64,000 nt of DNA. Origin: Scenedesmus sp. PABB004 (taxonomy: Eukaryota). The notes beneath the pieces were generated by a model. It saw only the letters and a list, made by a program, of their open reading frames with translations. It did no database searches and was not told where the DNA came from. Location of the stretch: assembly GCA_014905635.1 (NCBI GenBank), contig JABVCE010000002.1:1488001-1552000 (forward strand). The letters are read 5' to 3'. This document shows, in pieces, positions 35,375-46,267 of this stretch. Every line of letters begins with the position of its first letter. The stretch's first letter is position 1. Both the position numbers and the translations under genes were made by a program.

Positions 35375-36947
35375 ATGCACACGCCGGCGGACGCGGGCGC
35401 CTGCGCCGACGGGGGGTGCACGCACGCGCCGGGCCACGCCGCGGCCAAGGCCGGCGCTGTGGGCAAGGTGGGCGCCGCAGCAGCTCCCACGCAGCGCGGC
35501 CAGCAGCCCGGGAGCCAGCAGGGGCGGCGGGGCCGCCGCCGCGGGCGCGCCGCGCGGGCCTGGCAGCGGCGCTGCTGCGCGCCGTGCCCGCGGCCGCGCC
35601 CTCACTCGCCACCGCCGCCAGGTGCCCGCCGCCAACGGCGCCGCCAACGGCGCCGCCAACGGCACCGCCCACGCGCCGGGCGTGTCGCGCGTGTACGCGA
35701 CCGTGGTCGAGTGCGCCGACTACATCCGCAGCCGCGCGCCGCTCGTGCCCGCGGTCGTGCTGGTGCTGGGGTCGGGCCTGGGGCCCATCGCGGACGAGGT
35801 GACCGACGCGACGGTCATCCCCTACGCGGGTGCGCCGACGCCGCGGCGGCAGCAGTGCCGCGGCGCGCGAGCTCGGCGCGCGGCGGCCGGCGGCCCCGCC
35901 GCCGCCTTGACCTGACCGACCGCCAACCGCCACCCTCCCCCGCCCCGCCCCGCCCCCAGATATCCCGCACTTCCACGCGCCCGGCGTGCAGGGCCACTCG
36001 GGGCGGCTCGTGGTCGGCCACTTTGCGGGCGTGCCCGCGCTCGTCCTGCAGGCGCGCCGCCGACGCTGCCGCCGCGGTGCCCCCGCGCGCGCCCGCACCT
36101 CACTCGCCCCTCTCACTCGCCCCTCTCACTCACCCCTCTTACTCACCCTCACTCTCTCACTCTCCTTGCAGGGCCGGTTCCACTACTACGAGGGCCACCC
36201 CATGGAGGAGGTGATGCTGCCCATCCGCGTCGCGGCGCAGCTCGGCTGCCACACCGCCGTGCTCACCAACGCGGCGGGCGGCATCAACCACGAGTTCCAC
36301 CTCGGTGCGCGCCCCCACGCCCCGCGGCCCGCCGCCGCCCTGCCGCCCGTGCCCGCGCCCTGCCGCCCCCGCTCCCCCTGACCCCGCCGCCGCGCTCCGC
36401 CGCCGCGCTCCGCCGCCGCCGCCGCCGGCCGTCAGGCGACCTGATGCTGCTGACGGACCACCTGAACATGATGGGCGTCAACCCGCTGCGCGGCCCCAAC
36501 CCGCCCGAGCTGGGCGGCCCGCGCTTCGTCGACCTCAGCGCGCCGTACGACGCAGAGTTTGTGGCCCTGCTCACCGAGCGCGCGGCGGCGCAGGGCGTGG
36601 GCGGCGTGCTGCGCACGGGCACGTACGCCGCGGTCGCGGGGCCGACGTACGAGACGCCCGCGGAGACGCGCATGCTGCGCCTGCTCGGCGCCGACGCGGT
36701 GGGCATGTCGACGGTGCCGGAGGTCATCGCCGCGCGGCACGCGGGCCTGCGCGTGGTGGGCGTGAGCTGCATCACAAACCTCGCGTGCGGCATCAGCCAC
36801 GACGGCGGCGTCGCCGCGGTCACGCACGAGGAGGTGATGACCAACATCACGCTCGGCATGGAGACGATGCGCCGCCTGCTGCTCGACGCGCTGCCGCGCA
36901 TGCACGCGGCGGAGGCGGCGCGCGCCGCGGCGGCGGCGGCGCAGTAG
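35375..36947 (+). CDS. Purine nucleoside phosphorylase, trimeric (inosine/guanosine-type), 5 exons
   Basis: LVLGSGLG, VQGHSGRL, LQGRFHYYEG, LTNAAGGIN, LTDHLN, GPTYETPAE, GADAVGMSTVPE, SCITN, HEEV. Confidence 0.93.
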
Positions 36948-37076
36948 CGCAGCTCCCGGCGCAGCCAGGCGGGCGGGCCGGCGGGCGGGCGGGCGGGCGG
37001 GGGGCACTGTCATTCACTGGGCGCGAGGCGGACCGCTCTCTATCTCTCTCTGTGGGCGTGCTGTGTGCTGTGACGC

Positions 37077-37081
37077 TGTAA
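37077..37081 (+). terminator. TGTAA poly(A) signal of the PNP gene
   Basis: TGTAAC about 130 nt after the PNP stop. Confidence 0.55.
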
Positions 37082-37219
37082 CGCCGCGCGCGCCGCGGCG
37101 CCTCGGTCCGCGCCGGTTACCCGCGCGCGCGAATTGCCAGAGCGGCCCGCCTGCGCGCGCCCCGGGGGCGCCGTCAGCACGCGCCGCCCCGCCCGCCGCG
37201 CCCGCTGCTGCCCGGGGTG

Positions 37220-40200
37220 TCACAGGATCTTGTTCCGGATGTCCTCCAGCTTCTTCAGCACCTCGCCCGGGCTGCGGTCCAGCTCCGCCGCGACCGCCTG
37301 CTGCTTCGCCGGCGGCAGCGCCGGGAACTGCGAGCACAGGTCGCCGTCCACCACCTGCGCGCGCCGGCGAGCAGGCGTGTGGGCCCGCCGTGGCCAGCGC
37401 CGCGCCGCGCGCGCCGCCGCCGCGGCCGCAGCGCCGCGCCGCGCGCGCCGCCGCCGCGGCCGCAGCGCCGCGCCGCGCGCGCCGCCGCCGCGGCCGCGGC
37501 CGCGGCCTTGGTCGCGGGGCTGGGCGCCCGTGCCCCCAAGCCTCCCCCGCACGCGCGCGCGCGGCGCGGCTGGCGCGGCGCGGCGCGGCCGCACCTCGCG
37601 CGCTGGGAAGTAGGCCGAGCGGAACGCCAGGTGGTCGCGCCCCGCGAGCGGCGGGTGCTCCTGGCGCAGGTGCATCTCCAGGTGCAGGAAAAAGTCCTTG
37701 TCCTGCAAGCCCCGCCGCGCCGCGCGCGGCCGGCCGGCGGCGTCGGCGCGCCGCCGCAGCCGCGGCGCGCCCCGGCGCGCCTCCCCGCGGCCTCCGCCCG
37801 CGCCGCCGCCGCGCTCGCCCCGCGCCGCTGCCGCCGCGCGCTCCGCCGCAGCGCCGCCGCGGCCTCTCCCCTCTGCCGCACCTCCTTGGCCTGGAAAGGA
37901 AAGAAGGCTCCGAGGCCGCCCATGATGGTGGCGTAGAGCAGCACCTCGCTGCCGCCCGGCTGCATGACGGCGCGCGCGAGCGAGGTGATGGTGTCGCCGA
38001 CGTGGAACTGCGTGACGTTGTCGAGCTTGTGCGGCGCGCCGCCGAGCTTGCCCATCGCGACCGCGAGCTTGCCGCCGGTGGGGTCCTCCTCGATCTGCGG
38101 CGCGCGGGGGCGGAGGGAGGGCGGGCGGGCGGGGACGGTGGGGGCGCGCGGGGGCGGCGTGGGCGGGGGTGGAGAGAGAGAGGGGAGAGGGACAGGGAGG
38201 GGGAGACCGGGAGAGAGGGAGACACGGCGAGAGGAGAGAGGGGGAGCGAGGGAGTAGAACGTCCGTGCGCCGCCGCCGCCGCCGCGGCCGCGGCCGCGGC
38301 GCGCGCGCCTGCGCGGAGACGTCCTGCGGGAGGCGCAGCACGAAGAAGTTGCCAAACTTGTCGCCCGCCGCGACGGTGTCGTAGTCGAGGGGCGTCATGG
38401 CGGTGATGTAGCGCGGGTGCACGTCGTCGGCGAAGCAGTAGAGCTTGTTGTCGGCCTTGTTGTAGCGGAAAAAGTGGACGCTCTCCTGCGCGGCGCGGAG
38501 CGGCGCGGGGAGGGCGAGCGTGTGGGCGAGTGTGGGGAGGGGGTGCGTGCGCAGGGGAGGGAGGGCGAGGGGGAGGGGGCGGGGAGCGCGCGGGGGCGGG
38601 CGGCGGCGGCGGCGGCGCGCGGGACCCCGGGCCGCGCAGCCGCGGCGGGCGCGCGCGGCACGGTGTGGCGCAGCGCGCGCGCGCGCGCGCCTGGACGTCG
38701 CCGACGTAGATGCGGCTGCCGAGCGCGTGCAGCTGCGCGACGTGCTGCGGCAGCTGCCGGTACTCGCACTTGCGCAGCAGCTTCTTGCGCCCGAGCTCAA
38801 ACAGGCGCAGCACGGGGCCCACGCCCGCGAGCAGGCGGCCCTTGAACGCGACCAGCGCGCCGGGGATGCCCTCGAGCTGCGTCTTGTGCAGCAGCTCCAG
38901 CTTGGCGCCGCGCTCCGTCACCCTGCAGAGGAGGGGAGGGGGGGGGGGGGGCGGCGGCGGCGGCGGCGGCGGCGCGCTCGCGGGAAAGCCGCGGCGCGGC
39001 GCGGCGAGGCGCGGCGGGGCGCGCAGCGCGGCGGGGTGCGGTGCGGCAGGGCCGCGGGTGCAGCGGGTGCAGCGGGTGCAGCGGTGCGGTGCCCCTGTCG
39101 TGTGTCTCACCTGTAGATGCGAATGCAGCCGGCGGTGCAGCTGGTTGGGAAGTAGGTCAGCTGCTCCGCGGTGCCCACCGCGAGCAGCAGGCCCGCCTCG
39201 GGCACCGCCGGGCCCTCAAACTTGACCAGCGCCATGCTCGTCACCGCCTCGCCGCCCTCCAGCTCCAGCACGGAGCGCGTCGACAGCTCTGCGCGGCGCG
39301 GCGCGGGCGCGGCGCGTGGGCGCGGGGGCCAGCGCGCGGCGGGGGGCGGGCCGGCCCGGCCGGCGCGCGGCGCGCCGCACCCGCGGGGTCGACCAGGCGC
39401 AGGCAGCTCGCCCACTGCCCCGGCGCGCCCACCGGCGCGCCAAACTGCTCCAGCTCCGCCGCCAGCTCGGCGCTGAACTCGGGCCCCGCGAGCGGCTGCC
39501 CCGCCTCGTCCTGCAACGGCGGCGGCGGCGGCGGCGGCCGCGGCGGCGCTCGGCGCGCGCGTGCGTGCGGCTGCGCGCCACCAGCCCGGCCGCGCACGCC
39601 GCCACGCAGGCCGCGCGGCGCGCGTGCGAGCGACCAGCCAGCGCCCGCACCACGAGGCGGTCCCGCAGCGCCTCGTTCTCCGCGAGCGGCACCGCCTGGT
39701 AGTCGCTCTCCGCCACGATGAGGGTCCGCAACTCCGGGTGGATCAGCAGCCGGCGCGGCGTGTAGCGCAGCCGCGTCGTCGACTGCACGGCGCGCGGGGC
39801 GGCGCGCGGGGCGGCGCGGGTCGGGCGGCGCGCCGCGCGGCGGGCGGCGCGCCGCGCGGCGCGGCGCGGCGCGCCTGGTTGAAGGTCTCTCCCACGTTGT
39901 CGACGCTGAGGATGCGCAGCGTGTTCTTCACGACCGCGACAAAGCCCTCGGGGCACTGCTCGCTCGCAAAGCTCTGCGCGGAGGCGCGCGCGCGCGGCGG
40001 CGCGGGTCGGGCGGCGCGGGCGCGGGGCCGGCCGGGCACGCGCGCGCTGGCGGCGCGGCGCCGCGGCGCCGCGCTGCCGCTGCTGCGTGGCGCTGGCACG
40101 TCAAGCGCACCGCCGCGTGGTCGAGTGCCTCGTAGCTGAGGGGCATGAACTGCCAGCGCCCCATGTCGGCGTAGCCCAGCCACGGCCGGCTGCTGAGCGC

Positions 40201-41131
40201 GAGCAGGCTGCGCACGCCGCGCACGTTGACCGCAGTCAGGCGCGGCGCGCGCGTGCCGAGGAAGCGCTGCCGCGTGTCGCTCAGCTTGCCTGGCGGCGGC
40301 GGCGGCGGGCGCGGTGCCACGCGCGGCGGGCGGGCGGCGCGCGTGGGCCGGCCGGCGCGGGCGCGGGCGCTGGTGAGGGGGCTGCCCAACGCCACGGCTG
40401 GCGCGCGCACCGGTGATGCGGTCGACCTCTGTGCGCTGCAGCACGCCGTTTGAGAGGCCGACGTGCAGGAAGAGCCCCGCGTCACCGCTGCCGGGCTGCT
40501 CCGCGGCGTGGCCGTGCAGCATCAGTAGGCTCTCGGGCACCGCCTGCAGGAACGCAGGGGGCAGGATGCGGCGCGCGCGGCGGGCGGGGGAGGCTTAGAA
40601 CGCGCAGGCAGGGGGGCTCGACGGCGAGCGGCGGGGCGGACGCGCAAGCGCGGCGGCGCGCGCGCGCGCGGGCGCAGCGGCGGTGGCAGGGGGAGGCTCT
40701 CACGTTGACCGCCTGCGTCGCGACGGGGCGCAGCTGCGTGCCGTCCTCGAGGCTGAGCATGCGCACGGTGTTGTCGTACCCGCCGACGGCCAGGAACCTG
40801 CGGCGCACGCGGCGGCGGGCGGGCGGGCCGCGGCTCGCACGGGCGCGCGGGGCGGGCCCCGCCCTGGCCCGCGCGCTGGTCGCCGGGCGCGGCGGCCGCG
40901 CCGCGGCGCGCGGGCTCACTTGCTGCGCAGCGCGCCGGGCAGCACGGGCGGGATGTCGAGGCAGGAGACGTCGCCGTCCATGTCGCGCTTGGCGAGCTCC
41001 AGCAGCTGGCCCATGGCGTCCATCTCAAAGTAGATGAGCTCGCCGCCTGGCGTGACGTGGCGGCGCGGAAGGCGAGCGGGCGGGGGTTGGCGCCGCGGGC
41101 GGGGCAGCCGCGCCGCCGGGCAGGCGCGCGC

Positions 41132-41162
<31 letters not shown>

Positions 41163-44100
41163 GCGGACGCGCCTGAGAGTGCGATGACGACCTGGCGGCT
41201 GTTGGTCGACGAGCGCACGATCGCGCGGCGCCCCGGCGCGCGCCACTCGTTGATGCGGCGGTCGGTGCGGATGTGGCGCAGGCCACCAGAGTGGATCTGC
41301 AGCATCGACCCGTCCTCCAGCATCTGCGTGTGCAGCGTCGCCACGGTCGCCAGGAAGCCGCTGGTGCTCGTCTCCTTGACCTGCGCCCCGCGGCGGACGG
41401 CGCGGGCGCGGGCGCAGGCGCGGGCGCGGACGCCGCGCGTCGGCGCGCGCCGCGCGGCGCAGTGTCGCGGCGCGCCCCGGCGGCGCCGCCCCCGGCGCCA
41501 CGCCCGGCGCGCGGGTGCCCCGCCGCCGCCGCCGCCGCCGCCGCACCTCCTCGCCGATCTCAAACACCAGCGTCGCGTTGCTGAAGCTCACCACGATGAG
41601 GCCGTCCGTCTCGTCCCCCGGCGCGGCGCGCAGCGTGAACACGCCCGTCGGCGCGCCCGGCAGCGGGCTGACCGCGAGCTCCGCGACCGCCAGCCCCGGG
41701 CGCAGCACCGCGAGCGCCGCGCGCGGGCCGCTGCGGCGGCCGCGGCGGCGGCGGATGCGTGAGCCCGCGCGCGCGCGCGCGCGCACGGCCCCGGCCCTGC
41801 CTCTGTCGGTCGGTCAAGCCCCGCCCGCTCCGCCCCGTGCCCCGTGGGCGCGCTGCGCGCTGCGCGGCGGCCCTCACCGCCCGGTGAGCGCGTAGACCTG
41901 TGGGATCTCCTCGTCCAGCAGGTTGGCGACCTTCATGTCTGTCAGCGGCATGAGGCTGGGCAGCTCGTCCACGAGCACCAGGTTGCGCAGCGGGCGCGGC
42001 GTGAAAAACACGGGGCTGCGCGGCGCGGCACGGCGGCACGGCGGGCGGGGACGCGCGTGTGTGGGTGGGCGTGTGGGTGCGTGGGCGCAGGCGGGGGAGG
42101 AGGGCGCCGAAGACGCAGAGGGAGCGGCGAGCGGCGCGGCGGAGCGCGGCGCGCGGCGCGCGCAGCACCTGTAGCCCTCCTCCGTCGCCACGAGCGTCGC
42201 GCTGCTGGCCTCGACGTCGTCGTCGTCCTCGCCCGTGCCCTGGCGCGCGGGGCGCGTGCGGCGTCGGCGCCGCGGCGCCGCGGCAGGGGCGCTCCCCCGC
42301 CCCGCCCATGCCGCCCGCGCCGCCGTCCCTGTCCCGCCCCCGCGCTCCCCCCCTCCCCACCCCCTGCACGCACCACAAACTGGTAGAGCGCGTGGTTGCC
42401 GGTCTCGCTCGCTGCAAAGAGGAAGCCGGTCTTGAGCACCGCGAGCGACACGCACGGCGGCAGCGTGTCAAAGTACTTGACCTTGAGCTCGGTCACCGTC
42501 TCGCCCTCGTACACGAGCGTGGCCTTGTAGATGTCGCCGTACTCAGACTGGGCGGCGCGCGGGTGGGTGCGTAGGCGTGTGCGGTGAGAGTGCGTGAGGT
42601 GGGAGGCGAGGCGGGCGCCGCCCAAGACCCCACCACACCACTTGACTCCACACACACGCACATCCACACACACGCACATCCACACACGCACATCCACACA
42701 CACACACCCACACACACACACACACACAATCTCTCTCTCTCTCTCTCTCTCACACAGTCTCACCTGGAGGAGGAAGAAGGAGTAGGCCTTCTTCTTGTGG
42801 CTCGCATACGCCACGATCAGCACGCCGCGGTCGCCGCTCAGGTCCTCACGCCGCGGCAGCACCGTGCGCACCTCCTCGTGGCCCTGGTGCCTGCGCGGCG
42901 CAGGGCGCGGCTCGGCGGGGGGCAGCACGCCGTGAGCAGCGCCGGCGGGCGGGGCCCGGGCGCCGCGCCGGGGCGCCGCGCGCCGCCGCCCCGGGCCTCA
43001 TTCAGCCTCACACGGCCAGCCACCCTCCGCCAGCACACCCCCTGGCCCACACACCTGTAGATTAGAAAGTTCTCAGCCGCCACCAGCACGCCGCCCGGGC
43101 CGTCGCCGCCGCCGGGGACGGGGATGAGCAGGCTCGCGCCGTTGTCGACCGGGTCGCTCCACTTGCGCAGCACGTGGTTCAGCCCCAGGTCCAGCTCGTA
43201 GTAGGTGAGGTGCTTCTGAGCGCCTGCCGCCGCGTCGCCGGTCGGGTCCTGCGGCGCGCGCGCGGCGCGGCGCGGGGTTCGGCCGCCGGCGCGCGCGGCG
43301 GCGCGGGCCGCGCGCCGCCCGCTGCCGGCTGCTGCGCCCGCCGCTGCCCGCTGCCGGCTGCCAGCGCTGCCGCCGTCGGCGCGCTGCCGCCGCCGCTGGC
43401 CCTGCCGCAGCGCCGCCCCCGCCGCCGCCGCTCGCCCGGCTTCTCCTCCCTCCCCCAACCGCGCTGCGACGCCCTTGCTGGGCTGCCGCCCCCACCCCAA
43501 CCCCCTCGCCCCGCCCCGCCCTCGCGCCGCCCCCGCCCTGCGCCCTGCGCGCCTGGTCGGCGTCGCTGTAGTCGAGCTCGATCGCCGCAAACACGGGGTT
43601 GTCAAACCCGCAGTCGAGCGCGGCCATGGAGAAGACGACGTTGTGCGACTTGTGCGCCTCGAGCGGCGAGCTGATCGTGAGGTTGGCCGCCGCGTCGCGG
43701 TTGAGGACGTACACGAACTTCTGCTTCTCCACCGCGCCGATGATGCACGCGCGGCCCTTGGGGTCGGCGGCGACGTACTGCCCCGGCACGATGCGGCGCG
43801 CGCCGGAGCGGCCAAACGTCTCCTGGTGCACCTTGACGAACGCGCCCTTGGCCGCGACGTAGTCGAGGATGACGATGCGCCCGCTGTCGCTGCCGACGAT
43901 GACGTAATCCCGCGACGCGCCGGTGAGGCGGAACGCGGCGAGGCTGCGGATGCAGCCAAACACGTCGGCCGACGCGATGACCTGCAGCCGCCCGTTGTCG
44001 CCCGGCCGGATCAGCTCGAGCACGCGCCCCCGCGACACCACGATCTCCTGCGCCTTGGGCGCGGAGAAGTTGCCGTAGATGGCGCACTGCGGAGAGCGGC

Positions 44101-44281
44101 GCGGCGCGGCGCGGCGCGGCGCGCGGCGTGGGCGGCGGCGGCGGCAGCAGCAGCGCCGGCGCCGGCTCCGCGGCGGCTCCGGCGGCGCGGGCGCCCGCGG
44201 CGCCTGGCGCGCCGGCCCCCCGTCCCCGCCGCGCACTTGGATGCCCGACGGCCGGCTGAGCGTGAGGTTGTACAGGAACAT
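37220..44281 (-). CDS. SF3B3: Splicing factor 3B subunit 3 (SAP130), about 22 exons
   Basis: [119 protein letters not shown]. Confidence 0.97.
37396..37497. repeat. 34-bp minisatellite x3 in the last SF3B3 intron
   Basis: agcgccgcgccgcgcgcgccgccgccgcggccgc starts at 37396, 37430 and 37464. Confidence 0.8.
42640..42756. repeat. Compound (CA)n/(CT)n microsatellite in an SF3B3 intron
   Basis: cacacacgcacatc units, then (CA)n and (CT)n. Confidence 0.9.
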
Positions 44282-44761
44282 GGCTGCCGGTCGCTGCTGC
44301 TGCTGCTGATGGGGTGCTGCTGCGCCGAGCCGGGCGGGGCCGCCGGCGTCTCACGCCCGCATGGCTCCTGCTGCGACGACCACGACGCAGGCCGCCCCCC
44401 TCGCCGCGATCAGCCTCGCCGGCAGCAGCGCCAGGCAGGGCAGGGCGAGGGCGAGCGCGTGCGTGGTGCAGGTGGCGCGCTGGTGTCGTGTGTGGCGCGT
44501 GTGTGTGTCAGCCGCAACGTCACAGCAGGCGGGCGCGCTTTTGGCGCGCCGGCCGCCGGTCTGCCCGATGCAAACAGCATCGAGCCGCGCTCGCAGCTCC
44601 GAGTCCCGGGTGCCACGGCTGCTGGTGCCTCTAGCGCCGTGGAACCGACGATCAGCGGCCCTCCCGCGCCAGCGCGATCGGCCCGCCGCGCGGCGCCGCG
44701 CGCTGCTCGGGCGCCGGCGCGACGCCACCGCCCACCTCCCAGCATCAACAACGCTGGGCCC

Positions 44762-46147
44762 ATGGACTGGGAGGGGGCGGAGCCTGGACTGGACGCGGAG
44801 GACCAGCTCGGCGGCGGCCTGGGCGCGCAGCGCGCCGCCGCCAGCGGCGACGACGCCGCGGCGTGCCCGGACTGCAGGTGCGCTGCGCGGCCGCGCGGCG
44901 CGGCGCGCCCGCCTGGCATGGCGCGGCGCGTCCCGCCCCCTGCCCCTGCCCACTCGACGGCGGATGGGCGCCGCCGCCGCCCCCGCGCGCGGCGCCGCAG
45001 CGCTGCCGTGCCGCGGCCGTTTGCGCTGCGCGCCGTCGTGTGCGGCGCGTGCGGCTGCGCCTTTTGCGCCGCGTGCGGCGCGCTCTACGTCGCCGCGGCG
45101 AGCCCCACGTGCGGCTGCGAGGCCGTGGACCGCGCCGCGCTGGCGGGGCGCTGGGGCGCCGCCGCGGTGTCGCGCTGGCCGAGCCAGCGCGGCCAGCAGC
45201 TGGTGCTGGCGGCGCTGCTGGCGCTGCACGGCGCGCGCGCGGCGGCGCTGCTGACGCCGCGGGTGCTGGCGGCGCTGTCAGCCGACGCGGAGGCGCTCGA
45301 CGGCGCGGCCGCGGCCGCGTCGGGCGGGCAGGCGCCGCCGGCGCTGCAGTGGCAGCGCGTGGCGGCGCTGGCGGGCGGCGCGCAGCGGCGCGGCGCAGCG
45401 CCCGAGCAGCGGCAGGGGCAGCAGGGGGCGGAGCAGCTCATGCCCGCCGCCGCCACGCCGCGCTTCGAGGCGGGCAGAGACAGCAAGCGGGACGTGGCCG
45501 CGGCCGCGGCCGCGGCCGCGGCGGCGGCGGCGCACGCTGCGGCGGCTGCCGCGGCAGTGGCGCACGGCGCGCCGCTGTCGGAGCAGCAGCCCGCGCCCAT
45601 GGAGCAGGACGCGCGGGGCCCGCCGCCCGCCTTGCAGGAGCAGGAGCACGTGCCGCTGGACGCGTGGGCCGACATTGAGGCGGCGCACCGCGCGCAGTCG
45701 CTGACGCTCGACTCCCTCGCAGACAGCCTGGCCGTGGACGGCGGCAGCGGCGGCGACGACGAGCTGGGCGGCTTGGACGCGCAGCTCGCAGCGCTAGCAG
45801 CGCCGAGCTCGCCACCGGTGCGCGCCGGAGGCGACGGCCTGGTCAGCGGCGGCGACGACGATCCGCCACGCAGCCTGCTGGAGGTCCTGCTGGGCGACGC
45901 GCCGGCGGCGGCGCAGACGGACGGCGCGCAGCAGCAGCGGGGGCGCAGCGCGCTGCTGCCGGGCAAGGCCGGGCGCCTGCAGCTGCCTGACCCGGACGGC
46001 GACGGCAACGGCCACGCCGCCGCAGCCGCGCCGCCCCCGGACGTGGCGCCGCCGCCCGAGGCGCCGCCGGTGCTGCCGGACGAGCCGGCGGTCCTCATCG
46101 AGCAGGGCGGTTCGCAGCCGCAGCTGCCGTTCTGGGCGGCGGGGTAA
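44762..46147 (+). CDS. Hypothetical protein with N-terminal Cys-rich (IBR-like) zinc finger, 2 exons
   Basis: CPDC..(intron 44878-45000)..VVCGACGCAFCAAC...TCGC, then low-complexity acidic sequence with typical codon usage. Confidence 0.55.
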   Translation: MDWEGAEPGLDAEDQLGGGLGAQRAAASGDDAAACPDCRCAARPRGAARPPGMARRVPPPAPAHSTADGRRRRPRARRRSAAVPRPFALRAVVCGACGCAFCAACGALYVAAASPTCGCEAVDRAALAGRWGAAAVSRWPSQRGQQLVLAALLALHGARAAALLTPRVLAALSADAEALDGAAAAASGGQAPPALQWQRVAALAGGAQRRGAAPEQRQGQQGAEQLMPAAATPRFEAGRDSKRDVAAAAAAAAAAAAHAAAAAAAVAHGAPLSEQQPAPMEQDARGPPPALQEQEHVPLDAWADIEAAHRAQSLTLDSLADSLAVDGGSGGDDELGGLDAQLAALAAPSSPPVRAGGDGLVSGGDDDPPRSLLEVLLGDAPAAAQTDGAQQQRGRSALLPGKAGRLQLPDPDGDGNGHAAAAAPPPDVAPPPEAPPVLPDEPAVLIEQGGSQPQLPFWAAG

Positions 46148-46172
46148 CAGCGACGGCCGGCCCCAGCGCGCG

Positions 46173-46177
46173 TTACA
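46173..46177 (-). terminator. TGTAA poly(A) signal of the JmjC gene
   Basis: TTACA on the plus strand, about 90 nt after the JmjC stop. Confidence 0.55.
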
Positions 46178-46267
46178 ACGGCGCGCGCTCCGCGCGACGC
46201 GCTCGGGCAACTTTCGCGCGCGCTCTCCCGAGAACCTCGGCCGCCGCCGTGCGCGCACGCGCTGCGC

